A stretch of DNA of 64,000 nt from an uncultured Planctomycetales bacterium (lineage in GTDB: Bacteria; Omnitrophota; Gorgyraeia; Zapsychrales; JANLHA01). A program made the translations under genes and the position numbers. Below, in pieces: positions 18,540 to 28,205 of this stretch; the first letter of the stretch is position 1; each line of letters opens with the position of its first letter. Location: positions 3,835 through 67,834 of the forward strand of contig CAYVEC010000008.1 in NCBI GenBank assembly GCA_964450385.1, in the 5' to 3' direction. The notes under the pieces were generated by a model. That model was not told where the DNA came from. It did not search any database and saw only the letters and a list, made by a program, of their open reading frames with translations.

Positions 18540-19903
18540 TGACTCGACCCTCACGTGATGCCATCTCAACGTATCTGATCGAGGCCTTTCCGAAATTCGG
18601 ATACAGTAAACACAAGGAACTCGTGGCGCTCATTGATGAGATCATCGCGATCACAGGCCGCACGATCCCTGACATCATTCCCTCCGAGTCCCTGATTCAG
18701 CGGAATTTTCCGATATTAAAACGGCATCTCCTGGCGCTTCGTTTTCCGCATTTGCGGGAACATGAACGTCCGAAGGCGACCTATTTTCATAGTGAGGAGA
18801 CCGCAGGGGGCCGCATGGCACCGGCCGTGACCCCCGCCGCCTGGCAGCCAAAAAACATTTTTGTTGAACATGATGTCTGGGGTTGTGACCTGCACTGCCG
18901 TTTGGCCGAACGGTTCCCAGCTGCCCGGATCACGGAGATTTCCCGACGGAAAGAAGCGATCGCTACAATCCACCTTGGACCGGAAAGTTATAATGAACGG
19001 CTCGCGACGGTCTTTATCATCAAAGAACGGATCGATTTTTTCGCCGGGTGCCCGTGTTCCGCGGGATCTCAGTCCTGCGGATATCACATCATGAACGCCG
19101 GTGTCGGCTGCGGATTCGACTGCGCCTATTGTTTTCTCCAAGGGTATCTCAATACCCCCGGGATCACCTTCCCGGGTAATCTGGAAGATTTTTTCAAGGC
19201 ATTTAAGCAGAAACATTTTCCCGGAATGCGACTTGGGACCGGGCAATTCACGGATTCGCTTATCTTTGATGAGGCGACCGGGTTTTCCGAGAGGCTCGTC
19301 GAATTTTTTTCCGGTTATCCCAACGTCTTTTTTGAATTCAAGACCAAAAGCCGCATGATCGATCGTCTCCTGGCCGTTCCCGCGGCCCCCAATATTGTTA
19401 TCTCGTGGTCGCTTAATCCTGACACGATCATCAACCAGGTCGAGTTCGGGACCGCCGCGCTTGAGGAACGCCTGGCAGCCGCCGCCGACTGCGCCCGACA
19501 TGGATACTCGATCGGATTTCATTTTGACCCGATCATCTGGTACAAGGGATGGGAGGGGGACTACGCCAATGTCGTCGACGAGATTTTCAAGGCGGTTCCG
19601 GCATCACAGATCCAATGGATCAGCCTCGGGTGTCTGCGGATGACCCGGCATCTGCGCGAATGCATTCGCCAGCGGTTCCCAGATAACAGGATCCTCCATG
19701 CCGAACAGGTCATTGATTTTGACGGAAAGATCCGCTATCCCGAACGGATCCGTCGAGAGATCTACAGGTTCATGATCACGCAAATTCACACCATCAGCAC
19801 GGAAATTCCGGTCTACCTCTGCATGGATGATCCCGGGCTCAGCCGCGCGCTCGGCCTGCCTTCACCAGGATTTCGTTCCCCAAAAGAGGCGCAGCGTGGT
19901 TGA
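18536..19903 (+). CDS. radical SAM protein of the spore-photoproduct-lyase/DNA-photolyase-like family, with ~100-aa N-terminal extension
   Basis: CxxxCxxC as GCGFDCAYCFLQGY. ATGA overlap with the AKR gene. Confidence 0.55.
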   Translation: MMTRPSRDAISTYLIEAFPKFGYSKHKELVALIDEIIAITGRTIPDIIPSESLIQRNFPILKRHLLALRFPHLREHERPKATYFHSEETAGGRMAPAVTPAAWQPKNIFVEHDVWGCDLHCRLAERFPAARITEISRRKEAIATIHLGPESYNERLATVFIIKERIDFFAGCPCSAGSQSCGYHIMNAGVGCGFDCAYCFLQGYLNTPGITFPGNLEDFFKAFKQKHFPGMRLGTGQFTDSLIFDEATGFSERLVEFFSGYPNVFFEFKTKSRMIDRLLAVPAAPNIVISWSLNPDTIINQVEFGTAALEERLAAAADCARHGYSIGFHFDPIIWYKGWEGDYANVVDEIFKAVPASQIQWISLGCLRMTRHLRECIRQRFPDNRILHAEQVIDFDGKIRYPERIRREIYRFMITQIHTISTEIPVYLCMDDPGLSRALGLPSPGFRSPKEAQRG

Positions 19904-19933
19904 CCCGACCGGTTTTTTTCGTTATAATCCCCA

Positions 19934-20644
19934 ATGTTTTCTTACCAAGGACAGACAATGACCGACGTGACGTGTCGCGCGATTATTTTCGATATGGATG
20001 GTGTGATCACCGATACTATGCCTGATCACTTCGAGGCCTGGCGCCAGGTCCTGGCCGGGGACGGTCTCGCCATTACGGCCCATGACGTCTATAAACGGGA
20101 GGGCGGCCGGGGGATCAGTGGACTCTGCGAGATCTATGAGGAATACGGCCGCACCTGCGATGCCGAGAAGGCCCGTGCCCTCTTGGCACAAAAGGAACGG
20201 ACCTTTTCAGCGATCTCCCGATTAAAATTTATCCCTGGCGCCCAGGAATTCATCGAGCGTCAGTCCCAGAAAGGATTTCATCTGGGCTTGGTGACAGGCA
20301 CCTCACGTGATGAGGTCAATACCCTCTTGCCCGACGGCCTACGAGCCCGATTTGAGGTGATCGTCACCGGAAGTGATGTGACGCGTGGAAAACCTGACCC
20401 GGAACCGTACCAAAAAGCCCTGGACCTTCTTGGGATCACGGCTGACGAGGCCGTGGTCATCGAGAACGCACCGTTTGGGATCCAATCGGCTCGGGCCTGC
20501 GGGATTCCCTGCTTCGGGCTGACAACATCCCTGCCCTCGGAATTCTTGACCGAGGCCACGATGCTTTTTCACTCGTTTCAAGAGATGAATAACCAGGTGT
20601 CATTCCATCTTCCCAGAACGGAGAGGGGCCATGGCCATCCGTAG
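19934..20644 (+). CDS. HAD-superfamily hydrolase (beta-phosphoglucomutase-like subfamily IA)
   Basis: Motif I AIIFDMDGVITDT, motif II LVTGTSR, motif IV VVIENAPFGIQSA. Confidence 0.65.
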   Translation: MFSYQGQTMTDVTCRAIIFDMDGVITDTMPDHFEAWRQVLAGDGLAITAHDVYKREGGRGISGLCEIYEEYGRTCDAEKARALLAQKERTFSAISRLKFIPGAQEFIERQSQKGFHLGLVTGTSRDEVNTLLPDGLRARFEVIVTGSDVTRGKPDPEPYQKALDLLGITADEAVVIENAPFGIQSARACGIPCFGLTTSLPSEFLTEATMLFHSFQEMNNQVSFHLPRTERGHGHP

Positions 20645-21509
20645 AATCCTTGTCCTCTATAAAAAATCTATCTATCAATGGCTTCAGGAAAAAAGCAGAA
20701 GCCCGCAGGCCGATGCCCCTATCGGTGATATCGCACGTTTTGAGGTGACCCATCGCCGGCATCAGGAGACCCTCACCCAGGTTCTCAAAGCACTAACTCG
20801 ACATGCGGTGGCCTTTGATGCCTATGAACGCGACACTCTGACCGATTACTCCGATTACGACCGCGTCGTTACCGTGGGAGGGGATGGAACCTTCCTTGAG
20901 GCGGCCCGGTTTTCAACCAACCAGATACTCCTCGGAATCAATTCGGATCCTGAATGGAGCGTCGGACGGCTCTGCGCTGCGGATCCCGGGTCGCTCGATC
21001 GCGCCCTGGCTGATATGCTCAGTGAACGCGCTCAGCCTTCCGCCCTGACACGCCTTGACATTGCGTGCCCACATTTAGGCGCACATTTTTTTGCCCTCAA
21101 TGACGTCCTGATTGTTCACCAGAACCCCGCGGCGCTCAGCCGATACAGGATCGAGATCGCGGATATTGGCGAGGAACACCGCAATTCTGGTCTCTGGGTC
21201 GCAACCGCGGCCGGTTCGACCGGCGCGATCCATTCAGCCGGAGGGCGTCCTTTACCCTTAGTGAGTCGTTCGATTCAATACATGCCGCGAGAATTATACT
21301 CAGACTGGAAGAACCAACCCTACGCGCTCCGCGGCGGGGTTCTCGAGACTGACAACATCTCAATCACCTCACTGATGGATGGCGGGGCCTTTTTTATCGA
21401 TGGGGCCCATCAGCATTATCCCCTGCCCCTGGATGCCGAACTCCATATCACTCGATCGGACAAACCCCTCTATGTCATCCTCAAAACGTCATCCCCAACG
21501 CAGCATTGA
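20631..21509 (+). CDS. nadK: NAD kinase
   Basis: GGDGTFL, NDVLIV and GLWVATAAGSTGAIHSAGGRPL motifs. Confidence 0.75.
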   Translation: MAIRRILVLYKKSIYQWLQEKSRSPQADAPIGDIARFEVTHRRHQETLTQVLKALTRHAVAFDAYERDTLTDYSDYDRVVTVGGDGTFLEAARFSTNQILLGINSDPEWSVGRLCAADPGSLDRALADMLSERAQPSALTRLDIACPHLGAHFFALNDVLIVHQNPAALSRYRIEIADIGEEHRNSGLWVATAAGSTGAIHSAGGRPLPLVSRSIQYMPRELYSDWKNQPYALRGGVLETDNISITSLMDGGAFFIDGAHQHYPLPLDAELHITRSDKPLYVILKTSSPTQH

Positions 21510-21531
21510 CCCCTCATTCACCCGGCGCGTT

Positions 21532-22569
21532 ATGAGGTGGTACCGGCGTCATGCCCGGATCCTGCCCTGGCGGGGCTGCGATGATCCGTACGCGACATGG
21601 ATCTCCGAAATCATGCTCCAACAGACAACGGTTGCGACTGTTATTCCTAAATATACCGCGTGGCTCACACGCTTCCCCACGGTGCGTTCCGTTGCTGAGG
21701 CCGAGATCCAGGATATCCTGAAATTGTGGCAGGGTCTTGGGTACTACACCCGCGCCCGAAATATCCATGCCGCAGCGCGGATCATCTGTGAGGAATACTC
21801 AGAAACAGTCCCGGCGAGTGCCGAGGAGCTCTCGCGACTGCCGGGGTTTGGACCCTATACGGTGAACGCCGTTCTGAGCATCGCCTTTAACCAACGGGTA
21901 CCACTGATTGATACTAATGTCCGCCGTGTCATCATTCGCGTCCTCGCCATGACTGATGCCTCAGGCAATCAGGCTGACGGCATGATCGAGGATGTCCTAA
22001 AAACGCATCTTCCCCAGCGGGGTTGCGGTGACTTTAACCAGGCATTGATGGAACTCGGCGCGCTGATCTGCCGATCCTCGGAGCCGGCGTGCAGGGAGTG
22101 CCCTCTCCACGATATCTGCCGGGCCTATGATCGTGGCCTTCAACAGGATATCCCGCCGAAGAAAAACTCCGTCAAGATCACGCGCGCGACCGCAGCTGCG
22201 GTGATCCTCTATCGAGGCCGGTGGTTTCTGACCCAGCGCCACGGCTCGTCGCTCCTTAACGGTCTCTGGGAGTTCCCCGAGACGGACGTCCTGACGAACG
22301 CGGATGAGGCAGACACGATCCGGGATTATCTGAGAAAAAAGATGGGCTTCCGCATCCGAGACCTGCGACATTTTTGCCGTAGACAATATTTTTATACCCG
22401 ATTCCGGGTCCGTGTCGTGGCGTTCCAATGCCATCTGAGCGCCCCGCCGCCACCGACGCCACACGGCCGGTGGTTATCGTTCGACGATCTTGAAACCTAT
22501 CCCTTAACATCAGGAAGCGCGAAGATCCTCGCCGTCCTGCTCAACGAACAACGAAAGACGGCGACATGA
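21532..22569 (+). CDS. mutY: A/G-specific adenine DNA glycosylase
   Basis: HhH-GPD N-domain (WYRRHARILPWR...PYATWISEIMLQQTTV), 4Fe-4S Cys cluster (CRSSEPACRECPLHDIC), NUDIX-like C-terminus (LNGLWEFPE). The upstream in-frame extension to 21379 is judged spurious. Confidence 0.85.
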   Translation: MRWYRRHARILPWRGCDDPYATWISEIMLQQTTVATVIPKYTAWLTRFPTVRSVAEAEIQDILKLWQGLGYYTRARNIHAAARIICEEYSETVPASAEELSRLPGFGPYTVNAVLSIAFNQRVPLIDTNVRRVIIRVLAMTDASGNQADGMIEDVLKTHLPQRGCGDFNQALMELGALICRSSEPACRECPLHDICRAYDRGLQQDIPPKKNSVKITRATAAAVILYRGRWFLTQRHGSSLLNGLWEFPETDVLTNADEADTIRDYLRKKMGFRIRDLRHFCRRQYFYTRFRVRVVAFQCHLSAPPPPTPHGRWLSFDDLETYPLTSGSAKILAVLLNEQRKTAT

Positions 22570-23321
22570 CGATTTTACTCACGAATGATGATGGCATATG
22601 GAGTGAGGGGCTGTTGGTGCTCTATGAGCGCCTCCGCAAGATCGGGGACGTTTATGTCATCGCACCCGATGGGGAACGCAGTTCCTCCAGTCACAGCATC
22701 TCACTCACGCGCCCAATCGAGGTGCGCTGCGTTGACCGAGGCAACCGGTTTTTCGGTTATGCCATTTCCGGGACCCCGGCGGATTGTGTTAAATTTGGTG
22801 CAAGCCAGATCCTAAAACGCGTTCCGGATCTTGTTGTCTCAGGGATCAATCCCGGACCGAATGACGGGTACAGTGTTTTTTATTCAGGGACCGTCGGCGC
22901 GGCACGGGAGGGGGCGCTCATGGGCGCGCAGGCCGTGGCCGTGTCCGTCGCCTCGTTCGAGAATCCAGTCTATGACACCGCGGCCGATGCCGCCGAGCGT
23001 GTCATTCTGACTCTCCTGGATCATCCCCTGCCATCCGGGGTCTTCCTGAATGTCAATATCCCTGCCGGTGGCCGGGAGGCGATCCGAGGGACCCGTCTGA
23101 CCCGCCAGGGAAAGGCCGCATTTAAAGAGGAATACATTCAGCGTGTGAAACCCTATGGCCACGAATATTTCTGGTTATCGACGCTGCCGGTTGAGCTGGA
23201 AGGCGGCATCGAATGTGATACCGTGGCGCTGGCCCAGGGATACATCACGGTGACGCCGCTTCAGGCCGATCTGACCGATGAACCAACACTGAAAGCTTAC
23301 GGCGGATATTTTGACAAATAA
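22566..23321 (+). CDS. surE: 5'/3'-nucleotidase SurE
   Basis: MTILLTNDDGIWSEGL and GINPGPNDG. Confidence 0.9.
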   Translation: MTILLTNDDGIWSEGLLVLYERLRKIGDVYVIAPDGERSSSSHSISLTRPIEVRCVDRGNRFFGYAISGTPADCVKFGASQILKRVPDLVVSGINPGPNDGYSVFYSGTVGAAREGALMGAQAVAVSVASFENPVYDTAADAAERVILTLLDHPLPSGVFLNVNIPAGGREAIRGTRLTRQGKAAFKEEYIQRVKPYGHEYFWLSTLPVELEGGIECDTVALAQGYITVTPLQADLTDEPTLKAYGGYFDK

Positions 23322-23387
23322 AGTGAAGAAAATATTTAACGGAAACGCCATTTGACGGTACAATGAACGCAAAGGAGATGCGTATTC

Positions 23388-24455
23388 ATGATTAAGCCCG
23401 ACCAGTATTCAAAGGCGAAGATCCTCATCATCGATGACCAAAAGCTGCATCATCTTTACCTTGAAAAAATCCTTCACACGGCAGGGTTCCAAAGCATCCG
23501 ATGTCTCGCGGACCCGTTAAAGGCCCATGCCACGGTTCTTGAATTTAATCCCGACCTCATCGTCCTTGATATCCTCATGCCTCAGCTCGACGGGTTCCAG
23601 ATCATGGAGCAGCTCCATACTTTCCGTCAACGACACTATCTCCCGATCCTTGCAGTCTCAGCAGAGCAAAGTACCGACTTCCGGCTTAAGGCCCTGCGCG
23701 CCGGCGCCACGGATTTTCTCCATAAGCCCTTTGAGCATGACGAGATCATTTTTCGCATCAACAACATGTTAGAGATGCGGTTTCTCCACATGGCCCTCGA
23801 AAACCAAAACCACATCCTCGAAGATCGTGTGAACGAGCGAACGAAAGAATTAAAGAATTCACAGATCGAGATCATCCGCCGCCTCGCCCAGGCTGCTGAA
23901 TTCCGTGATAACGATACTGGGGCCCACATCATCCGCATGAGCCATTATTGCGCGGCCCTCGGACGGGCCATGGGCCTGAGCCCCGCGGATGTCGAACTCA
24001 TTCTCACAGCCAGCCCGCTCCACGATATCGGCAAGATCGGCATCCCGGACAGCATTCTCCTTAAACCAGGGAAATTGTCGCCCGAAGAATTCGAGATCAT
24101 GAAAACGCACACCACGATCGGCGCCCAGCTTTTAGCCAGCGCTAATTCCCCTGTCATGAAGATGGCCCAGGTCATCGCGCTCACCCATCATGAGCACTGG
24201 GACGGTTCCGGCTATCCCAGAGGTCTCAAAGGGGACCAGATCCCGCTCATCGGCCAGATCTGCAGTGTCTGCGATGTATTTGACGCCCTGATCTCTGAGC
24301 GGCCGTATAAACAGCCCTGGACACCCCAGCAGGCCGCACAAGAGATCATCAGTCAAAAAAACAAACAATTTAAGCCTGAATTGATCGATCAATTTGAATT
24401 GATCCTGCCCGAATTCATAAAAATCACCACGGAATGTCATAACCCCGGCGTTTAA
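23388..24455 (+). CDS. response regulator with HD-GYP c-di-GMP phosphodiesterase output domain
   Basis: REC (ILIIDDQ...LIVLDILMPQLDG). HD-GYP motifs HDIGKIGIPD and HHEHWDGSGYP. Confidence 0.85.
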   Translation: MIKPDQYSKAKILIIDDQKLHHLYLEKILHTAGFQSIRCLADPLKAHATVLEFNPDLIVLDILMPQLDGFQIMEQLHTFRQRHYLPILAVSAEQSTDFRLKALRAGATDFLHKPFEHDEIIFRINNMLEMRFLHMALENQNHILEDRVNERTKELKNSQIEIIRRLAQAAEFRDNDTGAHIIRMSHYCAALGRAMGLSPADVELILTASPLHDIGKIGIPDSILLKPGKLSPEEFEIMKTHTTIGAQLLASANSPVMKMAQVIALTHHEHWDGSGYPRGLKGDQIPLIGQICSVCDVFDALISERPYKQPWTPQQAAQEIISQKNKQFKPELIDQFELILPEFIKITTECHNPGV

Positions 24456-24490
24456 AAAAACATCTCGGGACTTTTTTTTAGATAAAATCA

Positions 24491-24520
24491 TGTTATAGTA
24501 TTTTATACTATTTTATACTA
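24491..24520. repeat. three tandem ~10-bp units (TGTTATAGTA, then TTTTATACTA twice) immediately upstream of the hybrid kinase gene
   Basis: Perfect 2x decamer at 24501-24520 preceded by one degenerate copy. Each contains a TATACT -10-like hexamer. Confidence 0.5.
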
Positions 24521-24534
24521 CGTGATCACTGTCG

Positions 24535-26817
24535 ATGCTTATGAACAAAACGACCGATACATCAACCTTTAAATCCTCAGTCCCGGTGCTTGATCTCAGC
24601 GAAGGGACCGAGATGCTCACCGATTTCTCACGGGAGGCCCAGCGGCATCTCATCTCAGCACGCAATTCCCTTCTTGTCCTTGAGTCCGTTCCCACCGACA
24701 AAGAGGCGATCGAAAATGTCTTTAAAACGTTCCATACGATCAGCGGGCTTGCGGACTTTCTTCAACTTCAGGATATTTTTACGCTGTCCCATGAGACGGA
24801 GACGCTGCTCAATTTCATCCGGCGCGGCACTCACGCACTCAGCCCCGAGACAGCGGCCACGGTTACCGAATCTGTTAAAGCCCTTCAGCACCTCCTTGAA
24901 CTCCTCGATGAACAGATCTCGAACAAAGGGGTCCTTCCAGGCGAGTATTTCGATATCACGGACCTTATCACACGCATCAACCGCCTGTCTCAACAGCCCG
25001 CGGGAGCCCCAACAGGCGTGGCACATCAGGGTGCCCCAGCGAAAGCGGAGGCCTCGACCATTTCAGAAGACCCGGACACCCCTACCTATGTGCTCATCCG
25101 TGACAAGTTAGAGCAGACCGGGATGGCGAGTTTCTTTCTTGAAAAAAACACCGTGAAGCACCTCATCGGCGAATTTGAGGTCCTGGAGCATCAGCTCAAG
25201 GAGGCACAGACCAAAATCCAAGAGCGGCAGCAGGAGCTCATCCATGAACGCGAGCTCGCCTTGAAATTGACCAAAAAGGCCCAGGACGATGCCCGTTCCA
25301 AAAGCGAATATCTGGCCAACATGTCGCACGAGATCCGAACGCTGATCAACGCGATCCTTGGCTTTACCGATCTCATCAAACTCGAGTTGCCGGATAACAG
25401 TAAACCGCGCGAGCACCTCAACACTATCATCGTTAGCGGCAAAATGCTCCTCGAGATCGTGAATAACATCCTCGATTTCTCCAAGGTCGAGGCCGGCAAA
25501 CTCAAACTCGAAAACATTCCCTTCAACATCCGCGATATCGCCGAAGAGATCTTCAAGATCATCCGGACCCGTCTTGATCGGAAGCCCGTAAACCTCTTTC
25601 TTGACATTGAGCCGAAGGTCCCGCTTGATCTCATGGGAGACCCGACCCGTCTCAAACAGATCTTCATGAACCTGATCGATAACGCCATCAAATTCACCGA
25701 ACGAGGCGAGATCGGGCTTCGGATCCATTATGACCAGCGCAAGGATGACCGCCATATTTTGCGCCTGAGCGTGACCGATACCGGGATCGGTATCCCGGAG
25801 GATCGGCGAGATCAGGTCTTTGACTCATTTACTCAAGCAGACGCCTCGACCACACGACTCTACGGCGGGACCGGACTCGGGCTCTCGCTGTGCCGCGCCT
25901 TTGTTGAGGCCATGGGAGGCAAAATTTGGATCGAATCGACCTTGGGGAAGGGTAGCCAATTTATTTTCACAATCGGTTTTAAGACCGCATCGGAGCGTTC
26001 GACCTCCCCCGACTACCCCGAGATCAACGGGATGAAGGCGATTATTGTTTCGCCTTTTGAGACAACCATCCGCGGCGCGCAGCGTCTTTTCGCCGATGCC
26101 TCGATGCAGCTCATGGCCGTCTGCCAAAATCCAAAACAGGTCTGTGAATACCTCAATTCCTCCGCCGCCTCGCCGGATTTTATCCTCATTGACATGCTAC
26201 TGCCGCCAGGATCAGCGTATGAACTGGCCCAACGCCTTCGCGGCCAGCCCGCGACACAAAAGATCCACCTGATTGCGATCTCCTCGGACGTCAAACTGGC
26301 CGGGGATGAGACATTTAAGAATTCTGTTTTTGACGCGTTCCTTGCCTGCCCGATCATGCTTCAGGAGATGGGGCCGATCCTTCAATCCATGAGCGGAAAA
26401 AAATCGCAGCCCACAAATGGCGAAGGTGATGCCGCCGCTTCGGATGCCGTCTTTAAAGGGGCGCGGATCCTCGTTGCCGAAGACAGTATCCCCAACCAGG
26501 AACTGCTCAAGATCCACTTTGAATCGCTCGGATGCATCTGTGACTATGCCTCGAACGGCCATGAGGCCATTGAATTCATCAAAAAAAATTCCTACCAACT
26601 CTGTTTCATGGATCTCCAAATGCCGGTCATGGGTGGGCTCGAGGCGGCCCAGATCATCCGGCAGGAGCTCCATTCAACCGTTCCGATCGTGGCCCTGACG
26701 GCTGCTGAGATCAATGAGGAGCGGGATAAATGTTTGACCATCGGGATGTCGGACTATCTTCCGAAACCCTTTGACCTGGACCAACTCAAAGATAAAATCA
26801 AAAAGTTCCTAACATAA
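24535..26817 (+). CDS. cytoplasmic hybrid histidine kinase: N-terminal Hpt (CheA-P1-like), coiled coil, HisKA, HATPase_c, two C-terminal receivers
   Basis: Hpt: NVFKTFHTISGLADFL...LSHETETLL. H-box: ANMSHEIRTLINAI. ATPase: DTGIGIPE...GGTGLGLS. REC2: ILVAEDSIPNQ...FMDLQMPVMGG. Confidence 0.8.
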   Translation: MLMNKTTDTSTFKSSVPVLDLSEGTEMLTDFSREAQRHLISARNSLLVLESVPTDKEAIENVFKTFHTISGLADFLQLQDIFTLSHETETLLNFIRRGTHALSPETAATVTESVKALQHLLELLDEQISNKGVLPGEYFDITDLITRINRLSQQPAGAPTGVAHQGAPAKAEASTISEDPDTPTYVLIRDKLEQTGMASFFLEKNTVKHLIGEFEVLEHQLKEAQTKIQERQQELIHERELALKLTKKAQDDARSKSEYLANMSHEIRTLINAILGFTDLIKLELPDNSKPREHLNTIIVSGKMLLEIVNNILDFSKVEAGKLKLENIPFNIRDIAEEIFKIIRTRLDRKPVNLFLDIEPKVPLDLMGDPTRLKQIFMNLIDNAIKFTERGEIGLRIHYDQRKDDRHILRLSVTDTGIGIPEDRRDQVFDSFTQADASTTRLYGGTGLGLSLCRAFVEAMGGKIWIESTLGKGSQFIFTIGFKTASERSTSPDYPEINGMKAIIVSPFETTIRGAQRLFADASMQLMAVCQNPKQVCEYLNSSAASPDFILIDMLLPPGSAYELAQRLRGQPATQKIHLIAISSDVKLAGDETFKNSVFDAFLACPIMLQEMGPILQSMSGKKSQPTNGEGDAAASDAVFKGARILVAEDSIPNQELLKIHFESLGCICDYASNGHEAIEFIKKNSYQLCFMDLQMPVMGGLEAAQIIRQELHSTVPIVALTAAEINEERDKCLTIGMSDYLPKPFDLDQLKDKIKKFLT

Positions 26818-27236
26818 TGGAGTCGGCGATGAGCGGGGAAGAGCTGAAAAAAATCTTGGTTGTGGACGATTCGGACCTGGAAAGAGAACTCCTCATTGAG
26901 GTGCTCAAGAGCGCCGGGGTCATCAATGAGTTCTTACAGGCCAAAACCGGTGAAGACGCGATCCAATTCCTGGGCACGCGATACAAGGAGATCGGGATCG
27001 TCCTCCTCGACTGGCAGATGCCGCAAATGTCAGGGATGGAATTCATGGAAGCCGTGGTGAAGGTTCCGACCGTTGCCAAGATGCCGATCATCATGGTCAC
27101 GGCCTCAGGAACGGATGAGAACAAGAAAAAGGCCCGGTCGGTCAACCCGAACCTAATCGGCTATGTTGTCAAACCTTATACGCCCGAGACGATCCTCGAC
27201 GTGATTTATCCTTTTGTTAAGGTCAAACCCCGCTAA
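26817..27236 (+). CDS. CheY-like single-domain response regulator
   Basis: ILVVDDSDLE...IVLLDWQMPQMSG...VKPY. Confidence 0.8.
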   Translation: MESAMSGEELKKILVVDDSDLERELLIEVLKSAGVINEFLQAKTGEDAIQFLGTRYKEIGIVLLDWQMPQMSGMEFMEAVVKVPTVAKMPIIMVTASGTDENKKKARSVNPNLIGYVVKPYTPETILDVIYPFVKVKPR

Positions 27237-27256
27237 TATGGACAAAGGAGACCGAC

Positions 27257-27841
27257 ATGGTTTTTGGACTCGGTGGCAATAAAGAATTAGAGCAATACGC
27301 TGAGGTTTTAAAACGCAGTGTTATCGCGCTTTTTAAAGAGCGAGGCAACGTGGTTTTTACCAAACCTCCGCAGCTGACCCGGCGGCCGATCATTGAATAC
27401 GAAGGCAAGATCCGCGCCGACGGCATGGACAAATACAACAATGAAGTCGCCTATGTCTCAGCGGTCAATTTTTATTCGGATGTCGCCGCCCTTGAGAAGA
27501 AAAAGCCCTTGGGCGTCCTTGTCGTCTATGTTCAATTCGAGTTCCTCCCGCGCCTGATGAAACTCCTGCAGTATCCGCCGATCGATGATGAAAAGGAACA
27601 GGCCTTGCTCGATTCAATCGGGACGCTCTGCAACATCGTCTCCGGCCGCTTTAAATCCGAGATCAAGGCCGCAGGATACAAGGACCTGGAGATGTCGCAT
27701 TTCATCAATTACCGCAATAACGCGGTCGTGGGGGTCAGTTACAATCCCAAAGAGAGTGAGTATTATGAAATGGTCTGTGAGATCGAGGGGAAGCGCCGTT
27801 TAGCGATCGATCTTACAATGAGCCCGATCCCCAAACGCTAA
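27257..27841 (+). CDS. hypothetical protein, possible CheX/CheC-family CheY-P phosphatase
   Basis: DSIGTLCNIVSGRF resembles the CheC/CheX ExxN(I)xxG motif (ELGNIGAG). Context is between a CheY-like and an Hpt gene. Confidence 0.4.
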   Translation: MVFGLGGNKELEQYAEVLKRSVIALFKERGNVVFTKPPQLTRRPIIEYEGKIRADGMDKYNNEVAYVSAVNFYSDVAALEKKKPLGVLVVYVQFEFLPRLMKLLQYPPIDDEKEQALLDSIGTLCNIVSGRFKSEIKAAGYKDLEMSHFINYRNNAVVGVSYNPKESEYYEMVCEIEGKRRLAIDLTMSPIPKR

Positions 27842-27862
27842 ATGAATGGATGAGACCTGACG

Positions 27863-28204
27863 ATGCCGCTTGATGTTTCACATGCCTGTGCCCAATTAAA
27901 GATCCCCCAGGAGATCTATCTTCGGATCCTCGTGCGGGCCGTAGAGCATACCGCAGTTGATTTGAGTGAACTCGAGCAGGCCGTGGTCCATGATAATATC
28001 GCGACGGTCCAGGCGGTCTCTCATCGACTGAAAGGTGATTTCGCGAATCTCCGTGTTGATGATATTTCCGCGACCGCCAAGGCCCTCAATGATTCATCAA
28101 AAGGCGGAACGTATAACAAAATCCAGGCGGGAGAGCTCGTTCAGACCCTGATCGGTCAGATCAAGGGCCTCCAACAGCAATTAACGACCCCACCGGGATC
28201 GTGA
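27863..28204 (+). CDS. Hpt histidine phosphotransfer protein
   Basis: VSHRLKGDFANL (HxxKG phosphotransfer motif). Confidence 0.7.
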   Translation: MPLDVSHACAQLKIPQEIYLRILVRAVEHTAVDLSELEQAVVHDNIATVQAVSHRLKGDFANLRVDDISATAKALNDSSKGGTYNKIQAGELVQTLIGQIKGLQQQLTTPPGS

Positions 28205-28205
28205 G

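Noticed and set aside
21379-21531. In-frame N-terminal extensions in the ORF track for mutY. The same applies to 28640 (gltA), 35943 (rnfD), 48657 (leuD), 49318 (aroC), 50412 (SDR), 55851 (HemL-like) and 61724 (Wzz-like).
   Set aside because: The extensions overlap the upstream gene and have no RBS. The internal ATG chosen restores the conserved N-terminus and gives ATGA-type coupling or a proper SD.
24430-24478. Intrinsic terminator after the HD-GYP gene (CCCGgcgtttaaaaaaacatctCGGGacTTTTTTTT)
   Set aside because: The stem is only 4 bp with a long A-rich loop. It may be just a T-tract, so confidence is too low to list as a feature.
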